This document shows positions 45,520 to 56,124 of a stretch of DNA of 64,000 bases, piece after piece. This DNA is from an uncultured virus (IMG/VR IMGVR_UViG_3300034104_005052) (taxonomy: Duplodnaviria; Heunggongvirae; Uroviricota; Caudoviricetes), in IMG/VR virus record IMGVR_UViG_3300034104_005052, positions 1-64,000 of that record; one strand, 5' to 3'. A model generated the notes under the pieces. The model was given only the letters and a program-made list of their open reading frames with translations, was not told the DNA's origin and did not search any database. The number at the start of each line of letters is the position of its first letter. Positions within the stretch are counted from its first letter, which is position 1. The position numbers were made by a program, and so were the translations under genes.

Positions 45520-47706
45520 ATGTACGAAGATAAGTCTAAACAAATTTCTAATCTTGTAGCGGGAAGACTTCCTGAATTTGTTAGGGTCGATCATCCAACA
45601 TTAGTTGCATTTCTTGAAACATATTATGAGTGGTTGCAAAAAAAAGAACGGGGCAAGCAAATTGTTAGCCCGATGCTTTTACAGGATATAATTGATGTAG
45701 ATAAAAGTTTGGATGATTTTATCAGTCAATTCAAGAAAGAATATTTGTTCGATTTTCCCGAGCAGTTGGCTGTATCTAAAGAAACTGGAAATCCAGTTGA
45801 TATCAGAAAACTAATTAAAAACATTAAATCATTTTATAGAGCAAAAGGTACAGAAAAGTCATACGAATTTTTGTTTAGAATTTTGTATGACACAGCAGTT
45901 GAATTTTATTATCCAAAGACCGATATTCTTCGGGTTTCTGATGGTAAGTGGTTACAGAAAACATCTATTAAAGTAACCAATACATTGAATGATCGTATAT
46001 TTGAATCTATTGGTAGGATCATCTATCAGAAAAACGAATTAGGTCAGATAGTATCATCGGGGAAAGTCATTGATGTTTCGCTTTATCGTGAGGGGCAGAA
46101 TGATGTCGCTGAATTAATAATTTCAGGCCGCAACGGCTCATTTACTCCTGGAAGCAAGGGTATAGATTTTAAAACTGAAAATGGAGAAACACTACATGAA
46201 CTTAGAGTTTATGATGTGGTTGCATCTGTAACTATTTCGAACGGTGGATCTAACTACTCAGTTGGAGACAAAGTCTTTTTTACTTCTGCCGCAGGAGACA
46301 GCGGCGTTGGCGCACGGGGTTCTGTCTCACTTGTCGATGCCACAGGAAAAATTAGACGAATCAAAATTGAAAATTTTGGTATCAATTATCTCATCTCTCC
46401 AACAGTAAATGTGCAGTCTATTAGTGGTACGGGATTCGTTGGGGTTGCAAATACAGGAGCAATTTGTGAATATGAAGGGTACTACATAAATACTGATGGA
46501 AGAGTTAGTACCAATAAAGTCTTACAAGACAATCATTATTATCAAGATTATTCGTATGTTTTAAAAGCAGAAATTGTTATTGACGAATATCGTGAGTCAA
46601 TCAGAAGACTTGTTCACCCTGCTGGTATGGCAATGTTTGGACAGGTTCTTATCAAACGCTGCGCCCGTGAAGATCTAGATCAATCATCCGCTTTAATTAA
46701 ATTTGAAGTTCCTGTGATTGGTCACTACACACCGTACACATTCAATACATTTGACAACTTACCTGACTGGTTTTCTATTCCAGGAACAGGAGCATCATCG
46801 GGATATAATGTTCATGTTGGATACAATCCCGCCAAACACGACTCTTTAATACAAGCAATTGGTCTTTCGCCCGTTCCAAGACAAATCGGAAACCCAATAG
46901 CAAATATCATACCATTTGTTGAGGCTACAGGACCATCTTTTACTCCACTTGGTCTTACCGGTTACAAAACTGCCGATCCATTCTGGATCATTTATGAACA
47001 TCCAAATAGGAAGATAAGCGACATAGTCATTGCACAAGTTTGGAAAAATCAAATAGATGATTTCACACAATGGCCTGAGTGGACCACTATAACGGGTGGC
47101 TCTCCTCCTGTAGGTTGGACTGCGGATTTTTATGGTGCATCGGGAACCTCTGCTGTTAACAAGAAATATGCTCTACTGAAATATAACGAATTATCTGCTT
47201 TTAGAAAAATAACTGCAAGAGCATTTTTTAATATGCCGATTGGTAATGAATTTGATTGCAGAACAGAGGATAGGATTAGATATGCGAAACCGATTGTTTC
47301 GTTGATATATCCACTAAACACACAAAGAGTTTTTACTCCTGGCAGATGTGAATTTAATGCTGGAATTTTGATTAGTAACTATGAAAATTTACCTAGATTT
47401 GGTGTTACTTCAGCAAGTAAAATAAGATTCACACTTTCAGGGTCAAAGAATGAAGTTAAAGTTATCAACATAAATGATAGAAACTGTTTGTTCCAGAATT
47501 TGACAGATGGTCCTTATTCATTGAAGGTTGAAGTTACCGATAGTAATGGGAAGGGAATACAAGGAATATCAGATACGGTGGTATTTGAGTTTTATTGTAG
47601 TGAACCAGTTTCACTTGGCGGTAGTGGCGGATCTGAGGATGCGGAAATTGACAGAATTATTTCTAGTATATCTGGACAAGCACAAGATCCGCTCGGGTTC
47701 ATTTAA
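45520..47706 (+). CDS. 7: gp7-like baseplate wedge initiator with C-terminal extension
   Basis: 'LPEFVR.DHP...AFLE.YYEW', 'FYRAKGTEKSY.FLFRILY', 'LQDN.YYQDYSYV', 'VHPAG..MFG'; lies between gp6 and gp8. Confidence 0.8.
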   Translation: MYEDKSKQISNLVAGRLPEFVRVDHPTLVAFLETYYEWLQKKERGKQIVSPMLLQDIIDVDKSLDDFISQFKKEYLFDFPEQLAVSKETGNPVDIRKLIKNIKSFYRAKGTEKSYEFLFRILYDTAVEFYYPKTDILRVSDGKWLQKTSIKVTNTLNDRIFESIGRIIYQKNELGQIVSSGKVIDVSLYREGQNDVAELIISGRNGSFTPGSKGIDFKTENGETLHELRVYDVVASVTISNGGSNYSVGDKVFFTSAAGDSGVGARGSVSLVDATGKIRRIKIENFGINYLISPTVNVQSISGTGFVGVANTGAICEYEGYYINTDGRVSTNKVLQDNHYYQDYSYVLKAEIVIDEYRESIRRLVHPAGMAMFGQVLIKRCAREDLDQSSALIKFEVPVIGHYTPYTFNTFDNLPDWFSIPGTGASSGYNVHVGYNPAKHDSLIQAIGLSPVPRQIGNPIANIIPFVEATGPSFTPLGLTGYKTADPFWIIYEHPNRKISDIVIAQVWKNQIDDFTQWPEWTTITGGSPPVGWTADFYGASGTSAVNKKYALLKYNELSAFRKITARAFFNMPIGNEFDCRTEDRIRYAKPIVSLIYPLNTQRVFTPGRCEFNAGILISNYENLPRFGVTSASKIRFTLSGSKNEVKVININDRNCLFQNLTDGPYSLKVEVTDSNGKGIQGISDTVVFEFYCSEPVSLGGSGGSEDAEIDRIISSISGQAQDPLGFI

Positions 47707-47717
47707 AGGAACACCAA

Positions 47718-48557
47718 ATGGCTGAAATAAATGCATCATATATTAAAAGACAAATAGCCAAATTGGCATATCAAGATCCAAGGGGAGATGGATTTGAAAG
47801 GGTATTTCCAGATATACCTGTTGATCCTGGTGTAAACCAAGACTGTTGCGCCACAGACGGGGGAACAAATCCGATGGATATGCCCTGCGCTGGAATGTTT
47901 GTTTATATTTGGACTACACTCGTACCCGCATGTCTAAGAGAACAAAAAATAGTGGATGATCCTGCACCATTCCTACAGAACGATAGTGTTCAAGCATTTC
48001 AATTTTTACTTGCAGAGATGCAAAACTACTTAATCAAAAATCCGTCTTGGAGACCAGAAGATTTAAGTTTGTCTCCCGAAGATTTTGACCGTTATAATGA
48101 TGCAAACGACGATTTTCCTGTAACAATCCCTCCACACCTATATTTGGGGGACTGGGACTGTGAAATTGATATTTGGAAAATTATACCATACAGCGATACA
48201 AATTTCGACTGGCCACGGGACGAGACTGGAGAACCAATTGGGCCAAATCTGCCAGGCGACCGTGCCAACAGAAAAATTAAACTACAGGAAATACTTCAGT
48301 GTTTTCGTAGATTTTATGCATCAGTTTTGGCGCAACAGGGCGAACACACTTTAAATTGGGATCTCAACAATCCATGTTGTTCTATTGCAAATTTGAATAA
48401 AATGATGACCATAATGAGACTTTTTGCTTGCCTCAGCACCATAACAGAGGGGAATATTCCTCACGCCGCCGGTGGAACTCGTATTATTTCAGATAAACTT
48501 AGACAAAAAATGATAAAATGTATAAATTGCATCGATAAGAAGTGTCAATTAGCGTAA
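47718..48557 (+). CDS. Cys-rich hypothetical protein inserted between gp7 and gp8
   Basis: SD AAAGGA; 279 aa with CC pairs and several other Cys. Confidence 0.65.
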   Translation: MAEINASYIKRQIAKLAYQDPRGDGFERVFPDIPVDPGVNQDCCATDGGTNPMDMPCAGMFVYIWTTLVPACLREQKIVDDPAPFLQNDSVQAFQFLLAEMQNYLIKNPSWRPEDLSLSPEDFDRYNDANDDFPVTIPPHLYLGDWDCEIDIWKIIPYSDTNFDWPRDETGEPIGPNLPGDRANRKIKLQEILQCFRRFYASVLAQQGEHTLNWDLNNPCCSIANLNKMMTIMRLFACLSTITEGNIPHAAGGTRIISDKLRQKMIKCINCIDKKCQLA

Positions 48558-48628
48558 CTCTAAACAAATACTCGTACCAATAACAATCAAAGTTTTAACT
48601 CAAATTTGCTTTCTAAATAGGAATAGCC

Positions 48629-50965
48629 ATGCCAAGTTGCGACCCATTTCGTCAAAACCACAGACGCTTCATAGCAGATACTATATTGGATGAATATAGT
48701 GATTTATCCGATGAGAATTTTTTTCTCTGTATTGGAAAGGTAACCCCTTGGGGAATAACAGGATCTGATTTTCCCCCACAGTCAGTAGATTCCGTTCAAG
48801 ATGAGACAAACTTTTGGCGGAATCTTATAGCAGCAAAAAGAATAAACAAATCTGATTGTTCTATGCTTGTTAGACGAATAGATTGGAATCCAGGAGAGAT
48901 ATATCAACCATATAGAAATGACATAGATTTATTTGATGATGTTGAGCCTGCTAGGTTTTATGTCTTGGTAGACGAAGAGAGGGTTTATGTTTGTGTAGAT
49001 AATAATCTTGGAAATCCCTCTACAGTTCCTCCAACTCACACGGACACGATTGTTCGTAAGTTGTCCGATGGGTATAGATGGAAGTTTCTCTATCAAGTAC
49101 CTGAAAGCAAAAGAAAGTTTTTGACAAAATCTCGGACTGGAGCATTAGGTTATATTCCAGTTGAATTTGTAGAATTTCTTCGTGTAAATGATGATAGATT
49201 TTTGCAATGGGAAGTTCAAAATTCAGCAGTTGATGGCAAGATTGAATTTGCTTATATGGATGAAGCAGCAAAAGCATATTGGGTTAGTACATTATCATGC
49301 ATACTTCCATCCAGTGCAAATTTAGTAACCTTGAACGCTGCTCCCGGTGCAACTACAGTTTATATTGCTGCTCCTGAGTTAACTCCTAATTCCGCTCTTT
49401 ATAATGATATGATTATTTCATTTGACGGTGGACCCGGACAGGGACAGAGAAGACAGATTAAAGATTATACATGGCAGGGAACTTCCGCAAAAATTTTTAT
49501 AGATCCTTTAGTTTTAGGTTTATCCGGTACATCCGATCCCAACAAACAATCATATTTTAGCATTCAACCGAGAATTACAGTCAGAGGTGATGGTAAAGCA
49601 TATGAAAACATCAATAACCCTGACATAAAAACTGCCGATTTTCAAATCAAATTTGGGGAGACTGCAAACACAGACTTGGAATGTAGTGTTGTGTCACCAA
49701 GATATATTAAAAGTATTGAGATTGTAGATGGTGGAAAGAACTACACATTTGCCGAACTTGATATCCCTAAAGGATTAACTACATTAGTTTCTAACACACC
49801 ATTTGAATATACAGATCTGAAAAAAGTTTTACACGCAGTTATACCGCCCCCCGGAGGTCATGGTGCTAATCCTCTCCGTGAACTTGGTGCAGCATCATTC
49901 ATGATTGTTAAAAATTATGAAAGAGATGAAGACGGCAAAGTAGATACTGACAATGATTTTAGACAATTTGGTATTCTAAGAAATCCCATTTTGAGTGAGA
50001 AGCAAGTCAGAATTAAATTCAATCAGGCTGGCCTCAGCGGTTCGTTCACTGTTGGTGCAACTGCAATGCAGATGACTGGTGCGTATGGTGCGCCTTATGG
50101 TAAGGTAGTCGAGTGGTGTCCTGGATATTCAGGTGTAACGGCGACTAGTGAATTAGTTCTTACGAATATTCGTGGGGGCACATTTGCTGCGGGTGCTACA
50201 ATGTCAGGACTTACCATTTTCGATGTTGTTACGAAAACTGTTGCTGGCTCTGAGGCGAGGCACTTATTAAATCTAACTCTGACACCTGAAAATGTAGAAT
50301 TTTTATCTGTCGGTGGTGACTATAAGAGAAAGCATTTTGCACATGGGGTTGGAGATAGAAGGGTAAATATTCCACAGTCGAGAGCCTCCGGTGAAATTTG
50401 CAGTTGGCTTGCGTCTGGAGGAACACTTCTATATGGAACCTTGAAACTGGAAAATCCCAAAGGGAAATTCTACATCGGTGAAACAGTTCTTCAGACAGAA
50501 CCATATTTCTCGGGATCTAATGGATCTACGGGCCAAGGTAAAATTTATGCAATTGACACAGAAGTTTGCTGTTCACCCGCAACATACGATTTAACCACTT
50601 CTTTAACACTTTATGGTGAGGGTTTCGAAAACGATACTTTCTATAAAGATTCTTTTGTCTCTTTCCTGACAGGATCAACAGAGGGTAATGGATATATTGT
50701 TGATTGGAATCCCGTTACCGGAGGAACAAGTGGTGTTCTTCGTCTTGCAGGGGTTCAGGGTGATATAGTTAAAGGTCAATTAATCGATTACACCACTTTA
50801 GGGGCATCAGGAACTACCGTTACCATAAGTGGGTCAGTTCTTTCGGTGGATCACTCGGGAGAACTTAAATATAGGTCTGGAGAAGTGCTATACATACAGA
50901 ATATCAAACCTATACAAAGGGATTTGGAGCAGAGGGAAGAAATCAAACTTGTCATCGATTTCTAA
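48629..50965 (+). CDS. 8: gp8 baseplate wedge subunit (extended)
   Basis: 'RRIDW..G..Y..Y', 'FYV......VY.C.DNN', 'DGYRWKFLY', 'PPGGHG.N...ELG', 'NDFRQFG..RNP', 'SGEVLYI.N..PI.R...Q.E.IK..I.F'; CTAAATA at 48613. Confidence 0.88.
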   Translation: MPSCDPFRQNHRRFIADTILDEYSDLSDENFFLCIGKVTPWGITGSDFPPQSVDSVQDETNFWRNLIAAKRINKSDCSMLVRRIDWNPGEIYQPYRNDIDLFDDVEPARFYVLVDEERVYVCVDNNLGNPSTVPPTHTDTIVRKLSDGYRWKFLYQVPESKRKFLTKSRTGALGYIPVEFVEFLRVNDDRFLQWEVQNSAVDGKIEFAYMDEAAKAYWVSTLSCILPSSANLVTLNAAPGATTVYIAAPELTPNSALYNDMIISFDGGPGQGQRRQIKDYTWQGTSAKIFIDPLVLGLSGTSDPNKQSYFSIQPRITVRGDGKAYENINNPDIKTADFQIKFGETANTDLECSVVSPRYIKSIEIVDGGKNYTFAELDIPKGLTTLVSNTPFEYTDLKKVLHAVIPPPGGHGANPLRELGAASFMIVKNYERDEDGKVDTDNDFRQFGILRNPILSEKQVRIKFNQAGLSGSFTVGATAMQMTGAYGAPYGKVVEWCPGYSGVTATSELVLTNIRGGTFAAGATMSGLTIFDVVTKTVAGSEARHLLNLTLTPENVEFLSVGGDYKRKHFAHGVGDRRVNIPQSRASGEICSWLASGGTLLYGTLKLENPKGKFYIGETVLQTEPYFSGSNGSTGQGKIYAIDTEVCCSPATYDLTTSLTLYGEGFENDTFYKDSFVSFLTGSTEGNGYIVDWNPVTGGTSGVLRLAGVQGDIVKGQLIDYTTLGASGTTVTISGSVLSVDHSGELKYRSGEVLYIQNIKPIQRDLEQREEIKLVIDF

Positions 50966-50980
50966 TAAGTAAGGTAAAAA

Positions 50981-53900
50981 ATGCCATCATATATTCCAGA
51001 ACTATTCAATACTGACCCTTATTACGATGATTTTAGCGAGAGCAAAAAGTTTCTTCGTATTATGTTTAGACCAGGATTTGGTGTTCAAGGTCGTGAACTA
51101 ACCCAACTTCAAACAATCTTACAGAATCAGATTGAAAGATTCGGTAATCATGTCTTCGAAGAAGGGAGCATGGTTTTAGATGGTAAGATAACAGTTAATA
51201 GTTTGAGATTTGCCCGTGTTTCGGGGCTGTCGGGAACAAATGATGTTTCTGATTTTCTCGGTACGATAATTTCTGCTGGAGGCAAGGCTAAGGCTAAAAT
51301 TGTTCATACTGAGAATGGGTACACGGCATCATCGATTGACAATATTCCAGTAGTATTTTTTGAATACTTAGAAGGCGGAACCGCTTTTGCTTGGGGCGAT
51401 TACATTGGCGGAACGGCAGGAAATGGAACATATGTTGTCGCTAGCATTACAGGAGCAACATCAGGAGTTGTTCCTCCAACCGGAACGGCATTAGTTGTTT
51501 CTGTAGATAGCGGAGTTCGCTTCACAGAAGGATTTTTTGTACTGAATGATGCACAGTCTATCGGTGCTTATTCGCTTTCTGGTTCTGCTGGGTCTCAAGT
51601 TAGAATGTACGGATCGCCTACGACAAGAGTCGGTTTAAATGTCGTAAAGGGATTTGTTCAAGCGGAAGAAGATACATCGCTAAATGACCCCGCATTTGGA
51701 TCTTACAATTACAACGCACCAGGCGCAGATAGATTCAAAATTGATCTCAATATAGTTCAATATGGATTTACTGCGGCAAATACAAGTGCAACTGACAACT
51801 TCTCACGAAAAGACTTCATAGAATTTTTACGATTAGTTAATGGGAGTCCAATTAAGATAGAGAAGTATCCTGATTACGCTGTTCTAGAGGATACATTAGC
51901 AAGAAGAACATATGACGAGTCTGGAAACTATACAGTTCGTCCATTTGAACTGAACATGGTAGATGGACCTGGCATCAGCGGTGATGGTGCTACCGCAAAT
52001 CTTTTTGCAGATTTAGAACCAGGAAAAGCATATATTTTTGGATATGAGTTTGAAACTCAAGGAATAACAAGACTTCCTATCAATACAGCCAGAGATGCTG
52101 CACATGTCAGAACAATAACTGACAAATATTTCAATAGATCTTTAGGTCCATATTGCAGAGTTCAATTTACAAATATTGCAAGTTCTTTGACTGGAATTGC
52201 ATTTGATGACGAGCAACTTGTCTATCTTGGTAGAGGCATTTCAGGTGCTGCAAGAGATCAGATAGGCACAGCAAGATTGCGTTGGATAGAACCTTATAGT
52301 GTTGCCAATAGTGTCTATAATTTACATCTTTTCAATGTTGAAATGTCTGGAACCGCATCGTTTGACGATGTGACTAGAATTCATCACGCATCTTCGGGGA
52401 CAGCACATGCATTTTCAGTTACTGGAAATGATGGTTTAATCAACCTACAGAATAGTAATCTTCTGTTTGAATATCCAACGGGAACAAGAGGTAAAACAGT
52501 AACTGATGCTAATTATTCAATCGCAGGCTTCTTTGAAGTGACACTAGGGGCAGGAAACTTCCCCTCCGTCGGATCAAATGGTTCAAGAGGTGTTGTCAAC
52601 ATCACTGATTACACTGCAAGTGCGACTGATGTTGCATTCTCTGTTCCACAAGACTATACGGTTTTGCCAGATGAAGATGTCATGGCATTCACTAGAAGTG
52701 GATTGCCAATTGGTGGGACTGCCTACAGAAGAAATGACCAAGAACTTGATCTGACTTTAACGGGACCAGGAGTTATATCTGGAGAAAAGGTGTATATCGT
52801 AACATCAATCGATGTCCGTGCGCTTGATTACCCTGATCTTCGTAGAAATAAGACTGTCGTAACCGAAAATATTGGATTTACTGCTGCTGGCGGATTTACT
52901 GGAATATTTTCTGGATTAACAACAGATCAATACAATAACAGTGTTCTGTATCTTGCAGGAAAAGTGGATGTTTTTGATATCATATCTGTTACAGGAGTCA
53001 AAGACACAACAACACAACTAAAGCAATACTTCACATTTGACAATGGACAAAGAGATAATTTGTATGATTGGTCTAGACTGAGTTTATTGGCGGGAGTCAC
53101 TGGAGTTACAGGTCCATTCCAAGCAACGATAAAGAGATATGAGAGATCTGGAAATCGTGGACCATTCATAGTTGATTCCTATCCTTCTCCATACTCTGAT
53201 ATTCCAAAATATTCTAGTAGAACAACTGGAAAGATATATGATCTAGCAGATGTGATCGACTTTAGACCTGATCGTGGTTCAAGTGGTAATGTCGTTGGTT
53301 ATCCTTGGTTCCCAATCAATACTGCTGCAAACGATCAACTTTTCTCGTATCAACACTATCTTCCAAGAACAGACAAAATTGTTTTGAATAGAGATAGAAC
53401 ATTCTCAGTAATTAGTGGAGTTCCGAGTCTTGATGCTCAATCTCCACCTGATGATCCGAATGCAATGACACTCTACTCAGTTACGGTGAATCCATATACA
53501 TTCGATAAGAAAGATGTGTCTATTAGATTCGTGGAAAATAAGCGTTACACGATGCGTGATATCGGTGAACTGGAAAAGAGAATAGAAGCAGTAGAATACT
53601 ATACAACATTGACGCTTCTTGAACAAGAGGCAAAATCCATATCGATTGTCGATGACAGCAATATTGAAATTCCTAAGAAGGGTATTTTAGTCGATCAATT
53701 CAAGGGACACAATATTGGTGATGTCACCAACTCAATGTATGCTGCATCTGTAGATTTTGAGAAGAATGAACTTCGTCCTCCATTTGTTTCTCGGGTTTTT
53801 GCGCTCACGGGGCCATCAGAAATCTCAGGACTGACAACTTCGGGTGACGGAATCGTGACTTTGAACTATACGACACAGGCAGAAATAGTTCAGCCTCTCA

Positions 53901-55930
53901 CTACAAGAACATATACAATTAACCCATCAAATGTTTTCAATTACCTTGGCTCTCTGATGCTGTCTCCTTCTTGTGATTTCTGGTTTGACACAGGAATTAC
54001 TCCATCAGTAAAGGTCAATGTTGATGGTGAAAATGATGCTTGGCAATCAGGCGATGGTTTCGGTACACAATGGAACGATTGGGAATCAATTTGGTATGGT
54101 CGTGAAGTTGCTAATGAGGTCAATACAAAACAAAATATTGTTGACACGAAGAATTCAGTGGTTGCAGGAACTAAAGGTCTCAGTTTAGGAAACACATTTA
54201 AGTCTGGTGTTCCCGAAGGGATAAAGAGAAAGTCTATCTCTAAAGTCATCCGAAAAGATGTCGTTCCTTATATGCGAGACAAAACAATAACAATGAATGC
54301 GTATGGCCTAAAGCCAAATACTAAATTCTATGTGTTTGTTGATGATGTTGATATCACAGCATATTGCACAGGTGGTTCACAAATCACAAGTGAAAAGGGT
54401 GAGATCAGTAATCTGAAATATATTATGAGTCAGGATGTGGAAAATGAGTTCTTAACTGGCCGTAGAGTTTTCAGAATCACCGACAGTAGTACTAATACTG
54501 TCTCTGAGACAACTATGGCCGCTGACGCTATTTTCAATTCATCGGGAAGTATTGATACTTTACCCGAAGATGAGATACTCTCAACTCGCTCTGCTATTGT
54601 TCGTCGTAGATCGACAAAGTCGAATAAAATTCAGTCTAACTTGACAGAGTTATTATCTACAGATTTCTTCGGTTATACCGAGCCAATGAGCCAGACTTTC
54701 TTTGTGGATCCTGTTAAGTATCCCGATGGTGTGTTTGTGAAAACCGTTGGCGTTGCATTTGCAGGAAAAGATAGTGATCCAAATTCTGCGATTACTCTTA
54801 TGATAAAGCCAACCCAAAGTGGATATCCACACCCCTCAAAGGTGATGCCATTTGGACAAAGGACTCTGTATTCTTCAAGTATTACAACAACGGAAGACGG
54901 ATCTACAGAAACAACATTCGATTTCTCAAGTCCAGTTTATCTTCTTCCGGGTAGAGAGTATGCAATTGCTATTGCAACGAATAGTAGTGATTATATTGTT
55001 TTCGGTGCGTCTATCGGTAGTGATCTAATTCGTCTTAGTGAAGGTGACCCAATACAAAAGGCAACTAAACAACCCGCAATACGCAGCATATTCTTGCCGC
55101 AAAATACAGGCAGTCTTTCGAAGAAAGAAACAGATTCCTTAAAATTCTCAGTATATCTTTGCAAATTCTCGCCGCAGTCTGGATATGTGAAATACGAAAA
55201 TAATCATGAATCTTATGGATCTGACACTAAGTTCGATCTCATGAGAATCAATATGAACTATATTTCACCATCAAACACTTCGACCACATTTAGTGAAAGA
55301 GGGTTGTTAGGTGACATTGGCGGTTCTTTCATCGCTGCTCAAGCAAATAAAAATTTGAATCGTCCAACTACAAGATCAACGAGAAACATGGGGACAGGTA
55401 AATTCTCAGAAGTTAGAGCAAATATGATCGGAAATGCTTATGTTTCTCCTTCTCTTGATGTGGAAACATCGCACTATCTTGTAGTTGAAAATAAAGTAAA
55501 TAATAACTTCGTTGTCGCTACCAATCGTGAATTGTTCCCTAATAATCTGGGCGCAACAGCACCTAGCGAAGCAAGATACATCACTAAACAAGTAACTCTT
55601 GAGCCAGGATTTGAGGCAACAAATGTTCATGTTCAGATGTCTCTCTGTAATCCATACGATTCATCTATTCAGGTGTTTGTGAGACCACTTCCTGTTGGGG
55701 AAGGTGATTTTAGTAGTATTGGTTACACTCAATTGAATACTACTGACTCAGGATATTCACAAAATTCTGATGAGTTCAGAGAAGTGCTTTATACGAGTGA
55801 CGGATTGGGACTCTCTAAATTTAGGGCGTTCGCCATAAAGATTGTAATGTATTCGTCATGCACATCGACTTTACCAAGCGATCCGAGATCTCTACCAAGA
55901 ATTAGAAATCTAAGATTGGTGGCTACATGA
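50981..55930 (+). CDS. Large virion structural protein (DUF4815/VrlC-like)
   Basis: 'PYYDDF...K.F.RI.FRPG..VQ.RELTQLQTILQNQIERFG', 'APGADRFKI', 'LARRTYDESGNY.V.PF', 'NKRYTMRDIG.LEKRI..VEYYT.L.LLE', 'PRIRNLR.VA'. Confidence 0.85.
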   Translation: MPSYIPELFNTDPYYDDFSESKKFLRIMFRPGFGVQGRELTQLQTILQNQIERFGNHVFEEGSMVLDGKITVNSLRFARVSGLSGTNDVSDFLGTIISAGGKAKAKIVHTENGYTASSIDNIPVVFFEYLEGGTAFAWGDYIGGTAGNGTYVVASITGATSGVVPPTGTALVVSVDSGVRFTEGFFVLNDAQSIGAYSLSGSAGSQVRMYGSPTTRVGLNVVKGFVQAEEDTSLNDPAFGSYNYNAPGADRFKIDLNIVQYGFTAANTSATDNFSRKDFIEFLRLVNGSPIKIEKYPDYAVLEDTLARRTYDESGNYTVRPFELNMVDGPGISGDGATANLFADLEPGKAYIFGYEFETQGITRLPINTARDAAHVRTITDKYFNRSLGPYCRVQFTNIASSLTGIAFDDEQLVYLGRGISGAARDQIGTARLRWIEPYSVANSVYNLHLFNVEMSGTASFDDVTRIHHASSGTAHAFSVTGNDGLINLQNSNLLFEYPTGTRGKTVTDANYSIAGFFEVTLGAGNFPSVGSNGSRGVVNITDYTASATDVAFSVPQDYTVLPDEDVMAFTRSGLPIGGTAYRRNDQELDLTLTGPGVISGEKVYIVTSIDVRALDYPDLRRNKTVVTENIGFTAAGGFTGIFSGLTTDQYNNSVLYLAGKVDVFDIISVTGVKDTTTQLKQYFTFDNGQRDNLYDWSRLSLLAGVTGVTGPFQATIKRYERSGNRGPFIVDSYPSPYSDIPKYSSRTTGKIYDLADVIDFRPDRGSSGNVVGYPWFPINTAANDQLFSYQHYLPRTDKIVLNRDRTFSVISGVPSLDAQSPPDDPNAMTLYSVTVNPYTFDKKDVSIRFVENKRYTMRDIGELEKRIEAVEYYTTLTLLEQEAKSISIVDDSNIEIPKKGILVDQFKGHNIGDVTNSMYAASVDFEKNELRPPFVSRVFALTGPSEISGLTTSGDGIVTLNYTTQAEIVQPLTTRTYTINPSNVFNYLGSLMLSPSCDFWFDTGITPSVKVNVDGENDAWQSGDGFGTQWNDWESIWYGREVANEVNTKQNIVDTKNSVVAGTKGLSLGNTFKSGVPEGIKRKSISKVIRKDVVPYMRDKTITMNAYGLKPNTKFYVFVDDVDITAYCTGGSQITSEKGEISNLKYIMSQDVENEFLTGRRVFRITDSSTNTVSETTMAADAIFNSSGSIDTLPEDEILSTRSAIVRRRSTKSNKIQSNLTELLSTDFFGYTEPMSQTFFVDPVKYPDGVFVKTVGVAFAGKDSDPNSAITLMIKPTQSGYPHPSKVMPFGQRTLYSSSITTTEDGSTETTFDFSSPVYLLPGREYAIAIATNSSDYIVFGASIGSDLIRLSEGDPIQKATKQPAIRSIFLPQNTGSLSKKETDSLKFSVYLCKFSPQSGYVKYENNHESYGSDTKFDLMRINMNYISPSNTSTTFSERGLLGDIGGSFIAAQANKNLNRPTTRSTRNMGTGKFSEVRANMIGNAYVSPSLDVETSHYLVVENKVNNNFVVATNRELFPNNLGATAPSEARYITKQVTLEPGFEATNVHVQMSLCNPYDSSIQVFVRPLPVGEGDFSSIGYTQLNTTDSGYSQNSDEFREVLYTSDGLGLSKFRAFAIKIVMYSSCTSTLPSDPRSLPRIRNLRLVAT

Positions 55931-56124
55931 AAGTACCCGTTAAAAATAACAAAATGGTTCGGGATACAAAAACCAATGCCATTCTCTCAGTCGATATTGA
56001 TGCCATTAAGGCATACGAAGAGAAGAGAAGAAAGATTCAGACCGAAAGAGATAGACTAAATAGGCTAGAACTAGAGGTATTGGAACTTCGTTCCATCATA
56101 GATCAATTAAGGAATAAGCCATAA
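55927..56124 (+). CDS. Small conserved coiled-coil protein following the DUF4815-like gene
   Basis: 'VRD..TNAIL..D...Y' followed by a coiled coil; overlaps both neighbours. Confidence 0.7.
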   Translation: MKVPVKNNKMVRDTKTNAILSVDIDAIKAYEEKRRKIQTERDRLNRLELEVLELRSIIDQLRNKP